Assembly (NCBI GenBank): GCA_964016885.1
Contig: OZ024740.1
Location: 249,116,001 to 249,180,000, forward strand
Source: Eledone cirrhosa
Lineage: Eukaryota
Direction of reading: 5' to 3'
Length of the DNA: 64,000 bases
A program made the position numbers and the translations under genes. The notes beneath the pieces were generated by a model. It made no database searches and was not told the origin of the DNA. It was given only the letters and a program-made list of their open reading frames with translations. This document shows, one piece after another, positions 38,559 to 51,486 of this stretch; the first letter of the stretch is position 1, and the number at the start of each line of letters is the position of its first letter.

Positions 38559-39894
38559 CTAGTAGTATGTGAGCCTGTTTTGGCTTTTCAAACAGAACAC
38601 AGGACCGTTTTTCGTGACTTCCGATTTTCATCCTGGCAGCAACAATGCGCAAGCTGTTATTCTGCTCTTTTACTTGACTGTTGCTAGCAGTTAATAATTC
38701 TTTTGGCTTGGCCTCGTCAGAATAACTTATAACAATTTAAAGGCACTTACCTTATCAACATCAACTTTTATTGCTGTCAATTATTCGCTCATAAATATTT
38801 TAAAGTTGTAAACAAAGATAATGTATCAGAACATTTTCTACATACTGTTACGAAGGAGACTGTAAAGTGAATCATCAGCTACAAATGTATCACTCGAATT
38901 CGAAACACTGCTCCCCAGATCTACAAAAGAAAGCGAGGATAAACGAACAATGGATCACGTGACTGATTTGAAGCATGATGCACGTTTTTTTTTGTGTTTA
39001 AAAATCGAGTACGCTGTCCTGCCACCGGGTAGCAAAGTAGCAGCAATCCCAGAGGAGGCAACAGCTACCGCGATATCCCTATGCTGCCTAAATTTTGCAA
39101 GGAGGAGCTTTGTTACTACAGTGTTTCCTGTTCCTCCAGGTGCATCCAGGAAGAAGATACCTCCTTTTCGGTGGCGCACATGGTCGACAATAGTGCTGTA
39201 AACCTGTTGTTGGTTCGGAAGCAGTTGTGGTTCAGTGTCGATAACATATTGGGAAAGAGCATCAATGTCGTAGGATGGCTGTAGGAAGTACATTTGACCC
39301 TGTTCGGAATGTTTGGGGCAGGCCATATGTGGGCAAATCATTTCCACCGAGTGAAACAATCCTGTCTTCTATGTCAATCAGTGCTCTGTTGTAGACCTCA
39401 TCGCTGGTACCTTCCAGACGTTTAAAATCCTCAGAAAGATCATCTCTGTACTTGAACCACAAATACAAAGGATTACACAATTCACATGTTTGCAACAATA
39501 ATTTCAAATATTATCAATTTTTCTTTATTCTGTAAAATCAAAGTTTGTAAAACGACTTATTGTTGAATCTTCAACTGATATACTTTGATCTATATTTTAG
39601 CCGATGTGGGACGTCTCTCTCTCTCTCTCTGAATATCTAACACTTTAATTCTATCTCTCTCTTTCTGGCTCTCCCTCTCTGTGTTTAAAAAATGATTTTT
39701 TTTAGTCGTTTTTTTTCTTATCTCTTATAGAGGGCGCAGTAGACACAAATTTGAAAATCTAATGAGTTCGTACGAAGGTCAGGAGCATAACGCATGTTTG
39801 TGCCAAATTTGAAGAAAAACGGTTGCAAGCTGTAGAAGTTACACGGAAACAGACAGACACACACACACACAGATAGTCTATTTATATATAGAGA
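38559..39894 (-). mobile_element. Internally deleted Helitron with PIF1-helicase remnant
   Basis: 5' end A|TCTCTATATATAAA at 39894; 'FFLDAPGGTG...AVAVASSGIAATLLPGGRTA'; candidate 3' hairpin + CTAG|T at 38559-38595 (alternative CTAG at 38487). 3' boundary uncertain. Confidence 0.75.
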
Positions 39895-39918
39895 TTACGG
39901 CGTTCCCTTGCCTCTGTG

Positions 39919-42600
39919 CAGGGGCCTCGTTTGCCTTTAAAATGTGAGGGGTCAAACCAAAATTTGTTGGAGCATGTTAGTATTGCTTATGGTGCCTTTG
40001 CCGGACCCTATCACATTAGTAAAATTTTATATAATTAAATTTTATATATTCAAATGAAGTTCAGATATAAAAATAAGCTTAAAAAGAATCTATTATATAA
40101 AATAAAAATAAGCTTAAAAAGACTCTATTATATAAAATAAACAAAAAATAAAACAGACGTTTGAATAAAAAAACATAAAGTAAATTTATTGTCTTTTCGA
40201 ACTTTCCAAATGTATCATATCTCGCATCATAGCTGTCAATAAATAATTTAACAACTTCTTCACAACTAACCTTTTTCAAAACATCTCTATGAACATGGCA
40301 TATTAGAATATGATTCAACCTTTGCTGAGTCATGGTCCATCGCAACCAAGTTTTGAGTCTCAGCAGAGCGCTAAAAGATCTTTCAGCTTCACAAGAACTG
40401 GTTGGAAACACTTAAAGTAGCCTAAGCAATCGCTCAACATTTGGAAACATGCGACGGACTTCTGGTTGCATTTCACCGAATATTTTACGATGATCATCGA
40501 GAGATGATCCACTATGATGATTTCTATAAAAAAGTATTTCGTTCCTTAAAGAAAATTCATCAAGCTCTGGATAGTGCATGATCACTTCAGCACAAACATT
40601 TCCATTGAATAAAATATTGCTCAGTTTTTCATATTCTGCTAAATCCTGTGAAAAAAAAAAATCTTTCAAATTTGATATTGCGGTATCCACTACCTGCAAA
40701 TACTGTACTCTGTAATGATCCAAAGCAGTGCAGTGTTGATATTTTAACTCATTTCCTTCCTGGTATCTTTTAGGAACTTTTCGTTGCCTGGGTAGCTTCA
40801 AAGGAGAAATATCGAGTTGATAAATCGTTTTTTCTGCTCCTGAAATTTTTCTTCACTGCGTAGAATTTTTAGCTTCTCTTGCACCAGTTTGACACTATGC
40901 AACATGTCACCTAGATTGAAAGTGGTACTTTGAAAGGATTTGTTCAATCTTTCAAGGAGTTGAAGCAATGGAACTACAACATGCAATCCAAGAACACATT
41001 GGCCTGTAGAGAGACACGTAAGAATAACATTAGCTCTGGATGCAATGTTGGTGCCAAACTCATTTGTTGCCTCTTGTAAGGAAATGAGGACATCTGAATA
41101 ATTTTCAAGAAGGGCTTTGACTGCAGAAAGTCGTGTTAGCCATCGAGTAGGGCACACAGGTTTTAAGGAGCGTGGTGACGATACTTCATTTTCTTCATCA
41201 TGTGATAAATACGTGTGCTTAAATTTCCCTGGTGTACTATATAGTTTCCCTAATTCATTCACGTAATCGAGAGCATTTTTGATAAATGAAGCTTGTTGAA
41301 CGGACTTAGCTATAATAAGTTGAGAAATATGAGCGCCACAGTGCACGTAATGGGCCAGAGGCTGAATCTTCTTTATTTCTGCTTGACAACCAAGATGTTT
41401 ACCTGCCATATTGGCTGCACCTTCATGTCTGGCATCGAAGATTTTGAATTGGTAATTGAAGGCGTAGAAGTTCATCAAGAATCATTTGACAAAGAGATTT
41501 ACCAGTTGTACTATCTATATTGAAGATTCCTAAAACATCTTCTTTAATTTCAAAATAATCATTCACATAACGAACACAAATCACCTCCTGTTCCTTACCC
41601 TGAATATCTGGTGTACCATCAATAATTATTCCAAATTGCTTAGATTCTTTGTTAATTTTCTTTATTATGCCGTTCAAAACCATATGGCTCATTGTTTTTA
41701 ACATATTTTGGATTTCAGCACTGGTGTAGCTGTGTTTTCTGTTCAACCAAACTCTTAGCTCATGTACATTTTCACATAGAAGATTTAACAGCTCCAGGAA
41801 GTTACCCCCATCACTATGTTTTCCTTGAATTGCCGACCCTTGCTCGGCTAAATACTTCAAAGAAAATATTATCATAAGCAAAGCGTGTCTTGCTTTATTT
41901 TGATTATCACGGTGGGCTTGGTTCAAGTTTGACCGTATACTTTCTTCTTTCTTTTTGAAAAGGATGTTAGATGTCGCAAGTTTATGAGTGTTTGACTTTT
42001 CATGAGAAACAAATTTTTCGTGAGCCCTTTTCCTGTTTTTGAAGCCTCTTAAAATGAAAGCATTATCAGAGCATTTAGCCAAGTTTATTAGTTTGTTTTA
42101 ATGTGCATATGAACAAGTGTAACAAACAACTCCTTTTAATCTAGCATCATAATGAAGCCAATTATAAGTCTAGAACCATTTTGATTGAAACTTCAGTGTC
42201 TTGTTTGGCAGTTTTTGAACAGGTATCACAGTCACATCTGGATGATAAGGTTCCGTCAGTATAAGGCAGCTTTCATAACGTTCAGCAGGTTCAATTACGG
42301 TGGAAGTTGAGGGAGATACAATATCTTGACTTGATTTGTTTTAGCACTTTTTTTTTTAGCTTTCCTGAGAAAGAACATTATCATTTTCATGATCAATTGA
42401 TATAGGGAAGCTTTCATTACGTTCAGCAGGTTCATAAGAAATGATGGAAGTTGAGGGAAGCACAAGATCTTGGTTTGATTTTTCTGTATGCCTTCCTTTT
42501 GAGCTTTCCTGAGAAAGAACAGTATCATTTTTACGACTACGTTTAAAATATCCACGAATATCCATTTCAAATCAAGTTATGTTAGAATCTTAAAAAAAAA
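39919..42600 (-). mobile_element. hAT DNA transposon (ZMYM1-like transposase), frameshifted
   Basis: TTF-type Zn finger remnant, 'IIDGTPDI..KEQ..ICVRYV', 'YVHCGAH', 'CPTRW', 'SSCEAERSFSAL.RLKTWLR.TM.Q.RL'; one terminus CAGGGGCC at 39919, other not found. Confidence 0.9.
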
Positions 42601-43031
42601 ATAAAAAAATACTCGTACGAATTAAATACAAGAGATTTTCAGTCCAAAATAAAAGCAAACTATTTAAAATTATATATTTTTGAAAAATAGACGTGAATGT
42701 TCTCAGTCGGAAAAAACTTTTTAAAAAAATCTATATTTCACTGTTAGCTGTTGCAATATTTTAATTGGATGGACAATTCTACAATTCAAACTGTAAAGTC
42801 AAAATACCAAAGATGCAAAATATGAAGAATTTCCTACCTTTCTCTGGAATCACAAACTCAGGGGAAAAATAGTACCTTGCAAAATAAAATACCTCGATCA
42901 CAAACTTAGTTGCAACGAATGAATTGAGATGCTTGGTGACAGTGAGCAAACAATATCTGTATCCCTTATATATATACATAGACAGATACACACATACACG
43001 CACGCACACACACACACATACACACACACAA

Positions 43032-43034
<3 letters not shown>

Positions 43035-43087
<53 letters not shown>

Positions 43088-43289
43088 CCTGTTTTTGGAA
43101 CAGAAAGAATTTTATCTCCACTTTTTCTTGCCATGTCAAAGGCCAGAGCTCTGGGTACAAAGTGACCAACTTTTCAACGTCTCACACACACACCCACACA
43201 CTCACACACACACATATACATATAGAAATTAAGAGAGAAAGAGGGAGAGACAGACAGAGTAAAAGATGTGCGTGTGTGTTTGGTACTCG

Positions 43290-43359
<70 letters not shown>
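43035..43359. repeat. (TG)n and (TCTA)n microsatellites
   Basis: (TG)n at ~43035-43084; (CTAT)n at ~43290-43359. Confidence 0.95.
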
Positions 43360-43360
<1 letters not shown>

Positions 43361-43361
<1 letters not shown>

Positions 43362-43888
43362 CCCCTCTGCCTGACGCGTGGAACATCACCGATAAGATTT
43401 TTTGTTAATTTATATACGAAAAACAGAACAAATTGTTTGAAAAAATATATTATTTTGTAGATTAACCCCCAAGCTGAATTGTCAGCTGGGTGGTAATCCC
43501 ATTTTTCGCCCATTTAGGGGCGAAATTTTTATTTAAAAATTGCTTTAAAATATAAAATTTTGCCAACTATAAAACATGAATAAGACGGAAAGAACGCTCG
43601 AGAAGGTCGACAGAGAAAAGAGAAAGAAAGAGGTAGATTTTAACGTTATATCTGCTTCTGCTACTATGGACGTCACCATAGATACGACTGTCAACAAAGG
43701 GAAGAAAATATTGCCACCTGAAGATTGTACAATTTCTACCGTCGAAGCGGAGAGAAATGAAAACTCAGGAATTAGACACATTAACATACATACACATGAA
43801 AAAGACATCAACAACTCCACAGATACATCTACACATAACGTTTCACCTCGTCAAGGAACTGAGATTTCCAACACCGAGGCTAACAACG

Positions 43889-43942
<54 letters not shown>

Positions 43943-46900
43943 GCATCACTACACAAAAAAAAAGTCTTTCGCTGAAACAGTGAACAAAAAACAAGATTTT
44001 ATAAATCTTGACATCTCGAATGCAAGAGATATGCTCCAGCAAGGGAGAAAATTTATAACTTTCGAAGAGAAGGGTGGGTTTAGAATTAACTCACCCCTTG
44101 AAATAAAAGAAGACACAGTTAGAAGGACAGTGACCTTTAGGACTGTATCCAATACCACGAGAAAGCCGATATTTGTTAGTCAAACAGATATAGAAGCTAC
44201 TTTCAAGGAAATTATAGCAAATATCGACTTTCTCCAATGAGGAAAACAGTACGGAAGTGTTGCCGTACTGACACCAATAGTGTCAAAAGCATTCACCTTT
44301 TTCCCTACATACATGGGAAAAAGGACACAGAAAATAAAAATAGAAAATATACCCACAAACATTAACATCTGGTGGATCTTGGCTGGCTTCGTAGAGCCAG
44401 AAACTGATATGATTCTTTAGATACGAAAGTCTATTCGACAAAGGTGGGCGGGTACTGATTTGGAGATTCTGTTGCAAATGAGGCCGGAGAGAATCTCCAA
44501 AATACCCGAAAGAGTCGTGATCGACGACAACAACAAAATAAACATTTCGGTAGAAGGACGAAACATTCATTGCTTTCGCTGTGGTAGCACAGCACACCTA
44601 AAAGCCTTCTGTCCTTCACAAACACACCACAACAACATCATTAAAGAAACACTATTACCAACACCCACACCAAAACAATCACCACCACCACAAGTACAAC
44701 GACAGACGAAACGAGCAACCATACCAAAACAAACAGCCACTCAACCAACAACAACAGAAAAAACAGAGACAGCACCCCTGAAGAACACAGCCCCACCTCA
44801 TCCCACTCCATCAAACACACACACCGAAACACCACCACCACACAACATACCCCTACCCCACACTCCTGACGATGATTATTCATCGACGGATGAAGCTGCT
44901 TCTTCTTTAAGTGAAGAAGAGGGAGAGCCGCGGAAATCTAAAAAAAAACAAAAAAAAGAGACACCACAAAACCCACAAAACTCCAATCGCCAACACCAAC
45001 ACACAACCACAGACACAAACAACAACACAAACAACACCACAGTCAAACATCCCCCTACCACAAAACCAACACCAACACCATCCCAAATACAAGCACCCAC
45101 CATAAAAAGAAAACTCCCGGACGAACAACAAACTAAAAGAACACAACAAAAACACAAACAACAATACACATACATCAACACAAACAACAAGAGTTTGATG
45201 GAGGTCATCTCCCAAAACCCCAAGGTGGAGACGGAGGGCAAAACTTTCGTCAAGGCAGAATCGTCTCCACACCTTAAACTTATAAGGGTTTCTATGGAAA
45301 CCTATAATGACTTGAAAAATAAATTTTCACAGGACGTGGGCAACCCCTGCCAGAAACCCATCTACCGAGTCCTGTTAAAATGTTTCCCCACCCCACCCAA
45401 CACCCCATCCAGCACCCAAATGGAGATTGAACAACCCGATCTCGAGGAAACGAAAAGGTAAGTGCACCTTTCGTCCTTTTTCTCCAACTTTTCTTCACCA
45501 ACATGGCTAGTTTACGAGTTGGAAGCGTGAATGTGCGTGGCCTAGGGATGCTCTGGAAACAGGGCTAACTTTTAAACGACCGTAGGTGGCACGGTAAGTG
45601 TATGATAACTATCATCGAGTCCAGGATCCACAACAGGCAGCAACTAACCCCCATCTTCGACGACTTTGAGATCTACGCACCTCTCTGTCATCCAGGTGGT
45701 GGAGGAGGAGTGGCTGTCATGTTTCGGAAGAACCTGGACGTCGAAGTACAGCAAGTACACTTGGACCCGGAGGGTAGACTGGTAGTCCTAGACGTGAACA
45801 GTATAGGAGGTGGAGCCTTTAGACTGGTGGCCGTTTATGCCCTGACCGGGCAATCGCAAACACGGCCAGACTTCTTTAAGCGTCTAGAGTCTTTTCTGGG
45901 AACGTCTCGCTCCTTACTTTTAGTGGGGGACTGGAATGGTATCCTAGATGCACGATGGGACTATGTGGGAGCATGTCCCAGTAGAGGGGGGTGCAACAGC
46001 CTCAAAACTTTAATCGGCCAATTCCAACTGGCCGATAGGTATCGACTGGGTTTCCCGACTGCACCACAGTGGACGTGGGCAAACTGCAGCGGGACATCTA
46101 GATCGTATTTAGATAGGTTCTTCATTAGAGAAAGGGACAAGGAGGTGTTAAACTGTCCACGAATGCACATGGTTGCCTATTCAGATCACAAATTAGTCGT
46201 CTGCTTAGTCAACCGTGATAGAACACAGGACCCGGATACTGGACCCGGATACAAGGACCCGGATACTGGAAGCTGAACGTGTCGTTGCCGGCACGTAAAG
46301 CTTACAGTGAGCGGATAAGTAGACTAGTCAAGCAACAGTTAACGGGAGCCATCGTCAACAATAAATGGTGGTACTCTCTCAAGAAAGCAATTAGAATAGA
46401 ATCGATAGTGTTTAGCAGAGAGTTAGCCTTAGAGAAAAACAAAATAGAAAGAGAACTAGTAGCCAAGGTAGAAGAGGCACTTAGAAGTGGTAACGCGGCT
46501 AGAGTGTTAGCGTCGAGAACGGCATTGGACCAGTTCTTCGATGCGAAACACACGAAGGCTGCGTGGTCAGAAGCAAAACACGTGCTCTAGGAAACGAAGG
46601 AGTGAAAGCTGTGAGCTGGGCCCGAGTGGCGGAGGCGAAAAGTGGCAACAAATCCACGATTCAGTATTTGAAAGACCAAAACGGATGCGTGCTACTTGAC
46701 CCCAAGCAAATGTGCGCGGCCTTTCAGCAGCACTTTGCGCGACTGTTTGAGCAGAACGACGGTGAGCCGAACGGGGCAATGGAGGTTCATACCTCGACGG
46801 CCTGCCGCGTCTCTCGAACACGGACGCAGAGTTCTGCGAAAGACCGATCACGGACACTGAGATACGGGACGCTCTGGGCCGCTGCGGGAAACGCAGGTCA

Positions 46901-49195
46901 CCCGGTCTAGATGGTCTACTCTATGAGTTTTACATAGGCATGCCGGACTCTGGCGTCCTCGAAGCCGTCTACTGCAATTGGCAGCAGAACGGGAGAATTC
47001 CCAGTTCTGCAGTCAAGGGAGTAGTAACGCTGATCAGGAAAGACGAGAACAGCGGGGACGAAATTAACAACTTCAGGCCCATAACTCTGCCCAACACAAA
47101 GAGAAAGATTTTGGCCAAGGTGCTAGCGACGAGGTTGGCACTTGTCGTCGAGAACCTGGTAGGGAAAGCGCAAACGTGTGCAATCCCGACCAGGTCCATA
47201 TACGAGAAACTCCACCTCATGCGATACATCATATAGAGGGTGGGTAGTAAACCCGGCTTCGGTGGGGCTCTGATCAATTTGGATCAGTCTAAGGCATTCG
47301 ATAGGGTCGACCATCGATACTTAGAAGCGGTTCTCAAGGCGGCCGGTTTCGGTCCCGTTTTCAGAGGCTGGATGGAGGCGATGCACACCAGCATCTGCTC
47401 AAGGGTCAAGGTGAACGGCTGCCTATTGGAGCCGTTCGCCTTCACGCGTTCCATTCGACAGGGGTGCCCTCTCTCCTCCATTATGTATGTATTGACTCTA
47501 GAGCCACTACTGCGGAAATTGGAGCTGTTGCAGGGCATCCCTCTAGAACTGGGACTGCGCAAAGCGGGGTCGGCTTATGCCGACGACCTGACGGTAATGG
47601 TGTCGAGCACCTCGGAAATCGGGGTGATCGGCAACTTACTGAAAGAATACGAAACGCTGACGGGAGCAAAACTAAACCCGGACAAGTCTGTCGGTTTGCA
47701 ACTCGGTACGTGGAGAGGCAAACCGATGACATCCGACAGCGTCGTTGGACACTGGACGGACGGAGCGGTGAAATTTCTTCGGGCCTGGTTTGGTCCAGAC
47801 CTCCTGGTGGAGAAAAACTGGAACGAGGTCACGGCCAAGGTGTTTGCACTCACCCAGAAGTGGGCAGAGTGCAAACTGCCCTTGAAAGGTCGAGTGGAGG
47901 TGGCGAACACTTTCATAGCGTCCGTCATCTACTACCGCTTGATTGTCGTGCTTTGTCCCCGTGAACACCTCGCCAAGATGGAACGCATGCTCTTCCAGTT
48001 TCTGTGGAAGAAGAAGGTTCCGTTGGTGAGGAGATCCGTCTGCTGTTAGCACCCTTCCAACGGAGGGCTGGGAATGCCGTGGCTGATGATGCGCAAACAT
48101 GCGCTGAGGCTGCGGCATCTCCAGGTATTCCTCACTGACCCCCAACCGGTGTGGGTACCGTTTGTGAGACAGGCTTTTCTACAGCTCGTCTCGCTGACGG
48201 AGCTGCAGTCCTGGGTCAAGAAAAGACCGAAAACGATGGGCGCCTGGCACATTGAAGCGCTCATGCGCTCACAGTCCTCTGGCAAGCGGGCGCAGCAATC
48301 AGTGGAGACTCCACTTCGACATTCTATAGAGGGATTGTACGTTACAAGGGCGACGACGTGCTCGGAGAGACTCTGGGCGTCGAAGACGATGAGATCACCA
48401 GTCTGTTTGGTAGGACTTTCTGCCCGGGACCCATGGGCAACTTCCAGAAGTCCCTGGCCTGGCAGTGCTACCGAGGAGCTCTACCGGTTCGTGACAAGAA
48501 CTACAGGCACGGACGCCCCGGCAGGGATCCTTCCAAGAGGACGTGTCCAAGATGCGCGCAGAACATTGAAACCGTCCTGCACCCAATTGTACACTGCCTG
48601 GGCGTAACCGATCTGTGGAACTATGCAGAACAACTGCTGTCACGTATGGGACAAATCCAGTTGACTGCCTAGTCCATAGTAAAGATCAAACCGTCAGCCT
48701 CTTTCAAAAACGAAAGAGAGGCGGTTTTCCTCTGTACGGCGGCTATGGTGAAAGAAGTTATATGGTGGACGAGATTGAGAGGACTGAGGACAGATGCCTT
48801 TCTCTCCGGACAACAATTGATTCCCTTCTTTAAGTATCACTTTAGAAGGAGAATCAGAGTAGAGAGAGAGGCACTGCACCCCAGTAAATTTACTGAAAGG
48901 TGGGTGAATGAAGCGAAAATAGCCCGAGTGATTGGGCCTTCTCTGTTTATAAGCCTGTAGGTTGAAGAAGTGAGCAAAAGGAAGAAAGGAGCACTTGCAC
49001 AACACGCTCCTGAAGTTGAGGGTTGTTCTATCGACGGGGTATTAAACAACCCATTTGTGGCGCCTCCCCCTATTGGGGTTTTCGATTGTTGCAATTGTTT
49101 GGTTTTATATTTTTTACACGACTGTATGTAAAATCCCCGGCATGTCTTTGTATTGTCCCCTTTTCTTGTGCGCCCTTGTGGCTAATAAAGAAATA
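43361..49195 (+). mobile_element. Near full-length L1/Tx1-clade LINE (ORF1 43576-45461, ORF2 45503-48960; both disrupted)
   Basis: ORF1 zinc knuckle CFRCGSTAHLKAFC; ORF2 'SVNVRGL', 'VGDWN', 'SYLDRF', 'YSDH', 'NFRPITL', 'LDQSKAFDRV', 'RQGCPLS', 'AYADD', 'GGLGMP', C-terminal CxxC...HxxxxC; GCTAATAAAGAA 3' end. Confidence 0.93.
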
Positions 49196-49354
49196 TATCT
49201 ATATATCTATCTGTCTTTCTAACTGGTTTTGCTAGAAATGACAGCGAAATAAAACACTAGCTTCTACAACACACACACACATTGATTTGTACCTGTATAT
49301 CTGTATATGTATTACTCTTTTTATTTTTATGTATTCCTATCTATCTATCCTATA

Positions 49355-50090
49355 AACATACAACCTCCAACACAAATAACACAAACATTACAACCCCCCC
49401 CCCGTCCCGAAAACAAAACCACGACGTCACTCCAAACACAAACACCTACAACAAAACGAAATCTCCCACAAGAACAAAAGATAAAAACCACCGCAACACA
49501 ACAAGAACATTACACATACATAAACAGTAATAACAAAACTTTAATGGAGGTCATCGACGAAGGGAAAACTTAGACAAACCTAATTTAAAGACGATTAGCG
49601 CCCCTACGGACACCTATAAGTCTTTAAAGGAAAACTTTCCTAAGGACGTGGGTAATCCTTGTGTTAAACCCATTAACCGCGTCCTTTTAAAAAGTTTCCC
49701 CACCATCACCCCATACACCCCACCCCATCAGGTTCCCCCTCCCCACCAAACATCTCTGTCCCACCCCACCGGAAACCACCACCCACCCAGACAACCCCTC
49801 TAACACCCCATGGAAATCGTGCGGCCTGATCCCCGGGAGACGAGGAGGTGAGTGTTTTCTTCTCTTCTTTTAACTTTTCAGAACCAACATGGCCAATATA
49901 AGAGTTGGATGTGTGAATGTACGCGGCCTGGGGATGCCCTGGAAACAGGGCAAACTCTTAAACGAACTCAGGTCGCACAGTATGGATGTAGTATCCATTT
50001 GCGAGGCCAGGATCCATAGCGAGCGACAGCTGACCCCCATCTTCGATGACTTTGAGATCTACGCATCTCTCTGTCAGCCGGGGGTGGGGT
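49355..50090 (+). mobile_element. Second Tx1-like copy (ORF1 end + ORF2 start), cut by a Penelope element
   Basis: Homologous to 45050-45700; 'MANIRVGCVNVRGLGMPWKQ'. Confidence 0.88.
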
Positions 50091-51486
50091 GTTACATGCT
50101 TTGTTGTGGGTAGCGGGTACACCATGGATAGGTTGTGATAGCGGTACAGGTGGGTTGTGCAATACCCGTCTCCCATTTAGTGGTTGGGAGGCAGATATTG
50201 CGTTCTGCCTATCTGTTACTAAAATGTTTTGTTTTGTAGAGTTATTTAATTGCCTTAAGTTAAGTAACTGCCATCTACCTGAAAGATGTCCATTGCAGAA
50301 TGAATGCCTAAAGTCCAACATTGTTTACCAATGCACGGTTGAATCGGACGACCAGAAATGGTATTATATTGGATCTACCACCACATCGTTTAAATCTCGC
50401 TGGTACCGTCATCGATTCTCAATCAAACATCAGAATCACCGCTTTGTGACCACGCTCGCCAACAAGACCTGGCAACTCCGTGAACACAACCAACAGTTCA
50501 CCTTAAAATGGGATATACTTTCCAGCGCAAATGCATATCGGAGTGGTTTGAAGTACTGCAGGTTATGTAACCTTGAGCTATTTTACATACTAAAATCCAA
50601 AAACAAACTACTTAACGATAGAATTGAACGATCATTATACTGCAACCACAAACTAAAAGCTAAATTCTCTCACTATAAAATAACTTAACATTCGAACCCG
50701 TAACTACAACACCACTTTCTAGCTAACAACCTTCTCTTCCCCCCACACTACAAGACAATACACTGCTTATCACTATACATGGTAACTCAGTACAACTCCT
50801 AGAATACTACTACAAAACCAAAAGTTCACTCACCACACATATTTATCTGTCCCCTCTCTACCTATATATCTCTCTCTACATCCATTACACTCTCTCTCTC
50901 TCACCTTTGACCTACCTCCCTCTCAACATTTATGAACCTGCCCTCTGGGGCAATAAATAATTCCGACCTCAACTATCTACGCATCTCTCCAAAAGTAACT
51001 AATAAAACCCCTGCCATAACATTTTGATTAAGACATCTACAAGCCACTCTCTCCTACTTCTCCAACCCCTGCATATCTTTCTTTCTCTCTCCTTCTTCCC
51101 TACTTTTCTCTCTTCCTGTTCCACTCTATCTTCCCCAACAACCCCACTTAAGGGTTTTTACATTGTATATTTACCATTCTGCTCTGAGGAAACAGTGGTC
51201 ACAGCATTGGATATTCGAGTTCTGCAAATACTTGTGAATTTGCACGTAGCGGAACTAGGCTGCAGCACCACCGTGGAAACACTTGTAAGCACACGAAATA
51301 AACTACCTTTTTATGATGTCTACCTGTTATTATTCATTCTTTATATACACTCCGGAACACTGAAGGATCAGGAACTAAGTTTCTTGAACAATTCTTCCAT
51401 AACTCGTAGAGTAACCTCTTACCGTACGTCAACCATATCCAGTGTAGTAATTAACCATCACTACATCTTGGATAATCCTATACCTA

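Noticed and set aside
40079-42570. Domesticated ZMYM1-like host gene
   Set aside because: Multiple frameshifts and a transposon-like terminus indicate a dead hAT element.
43084-43099. GCGCCCTG as the second hAT terminus
   Set aside because: No matching 8-bp TSD (CCTCTGTG versus TTTTTGGA) and poor TIR match.
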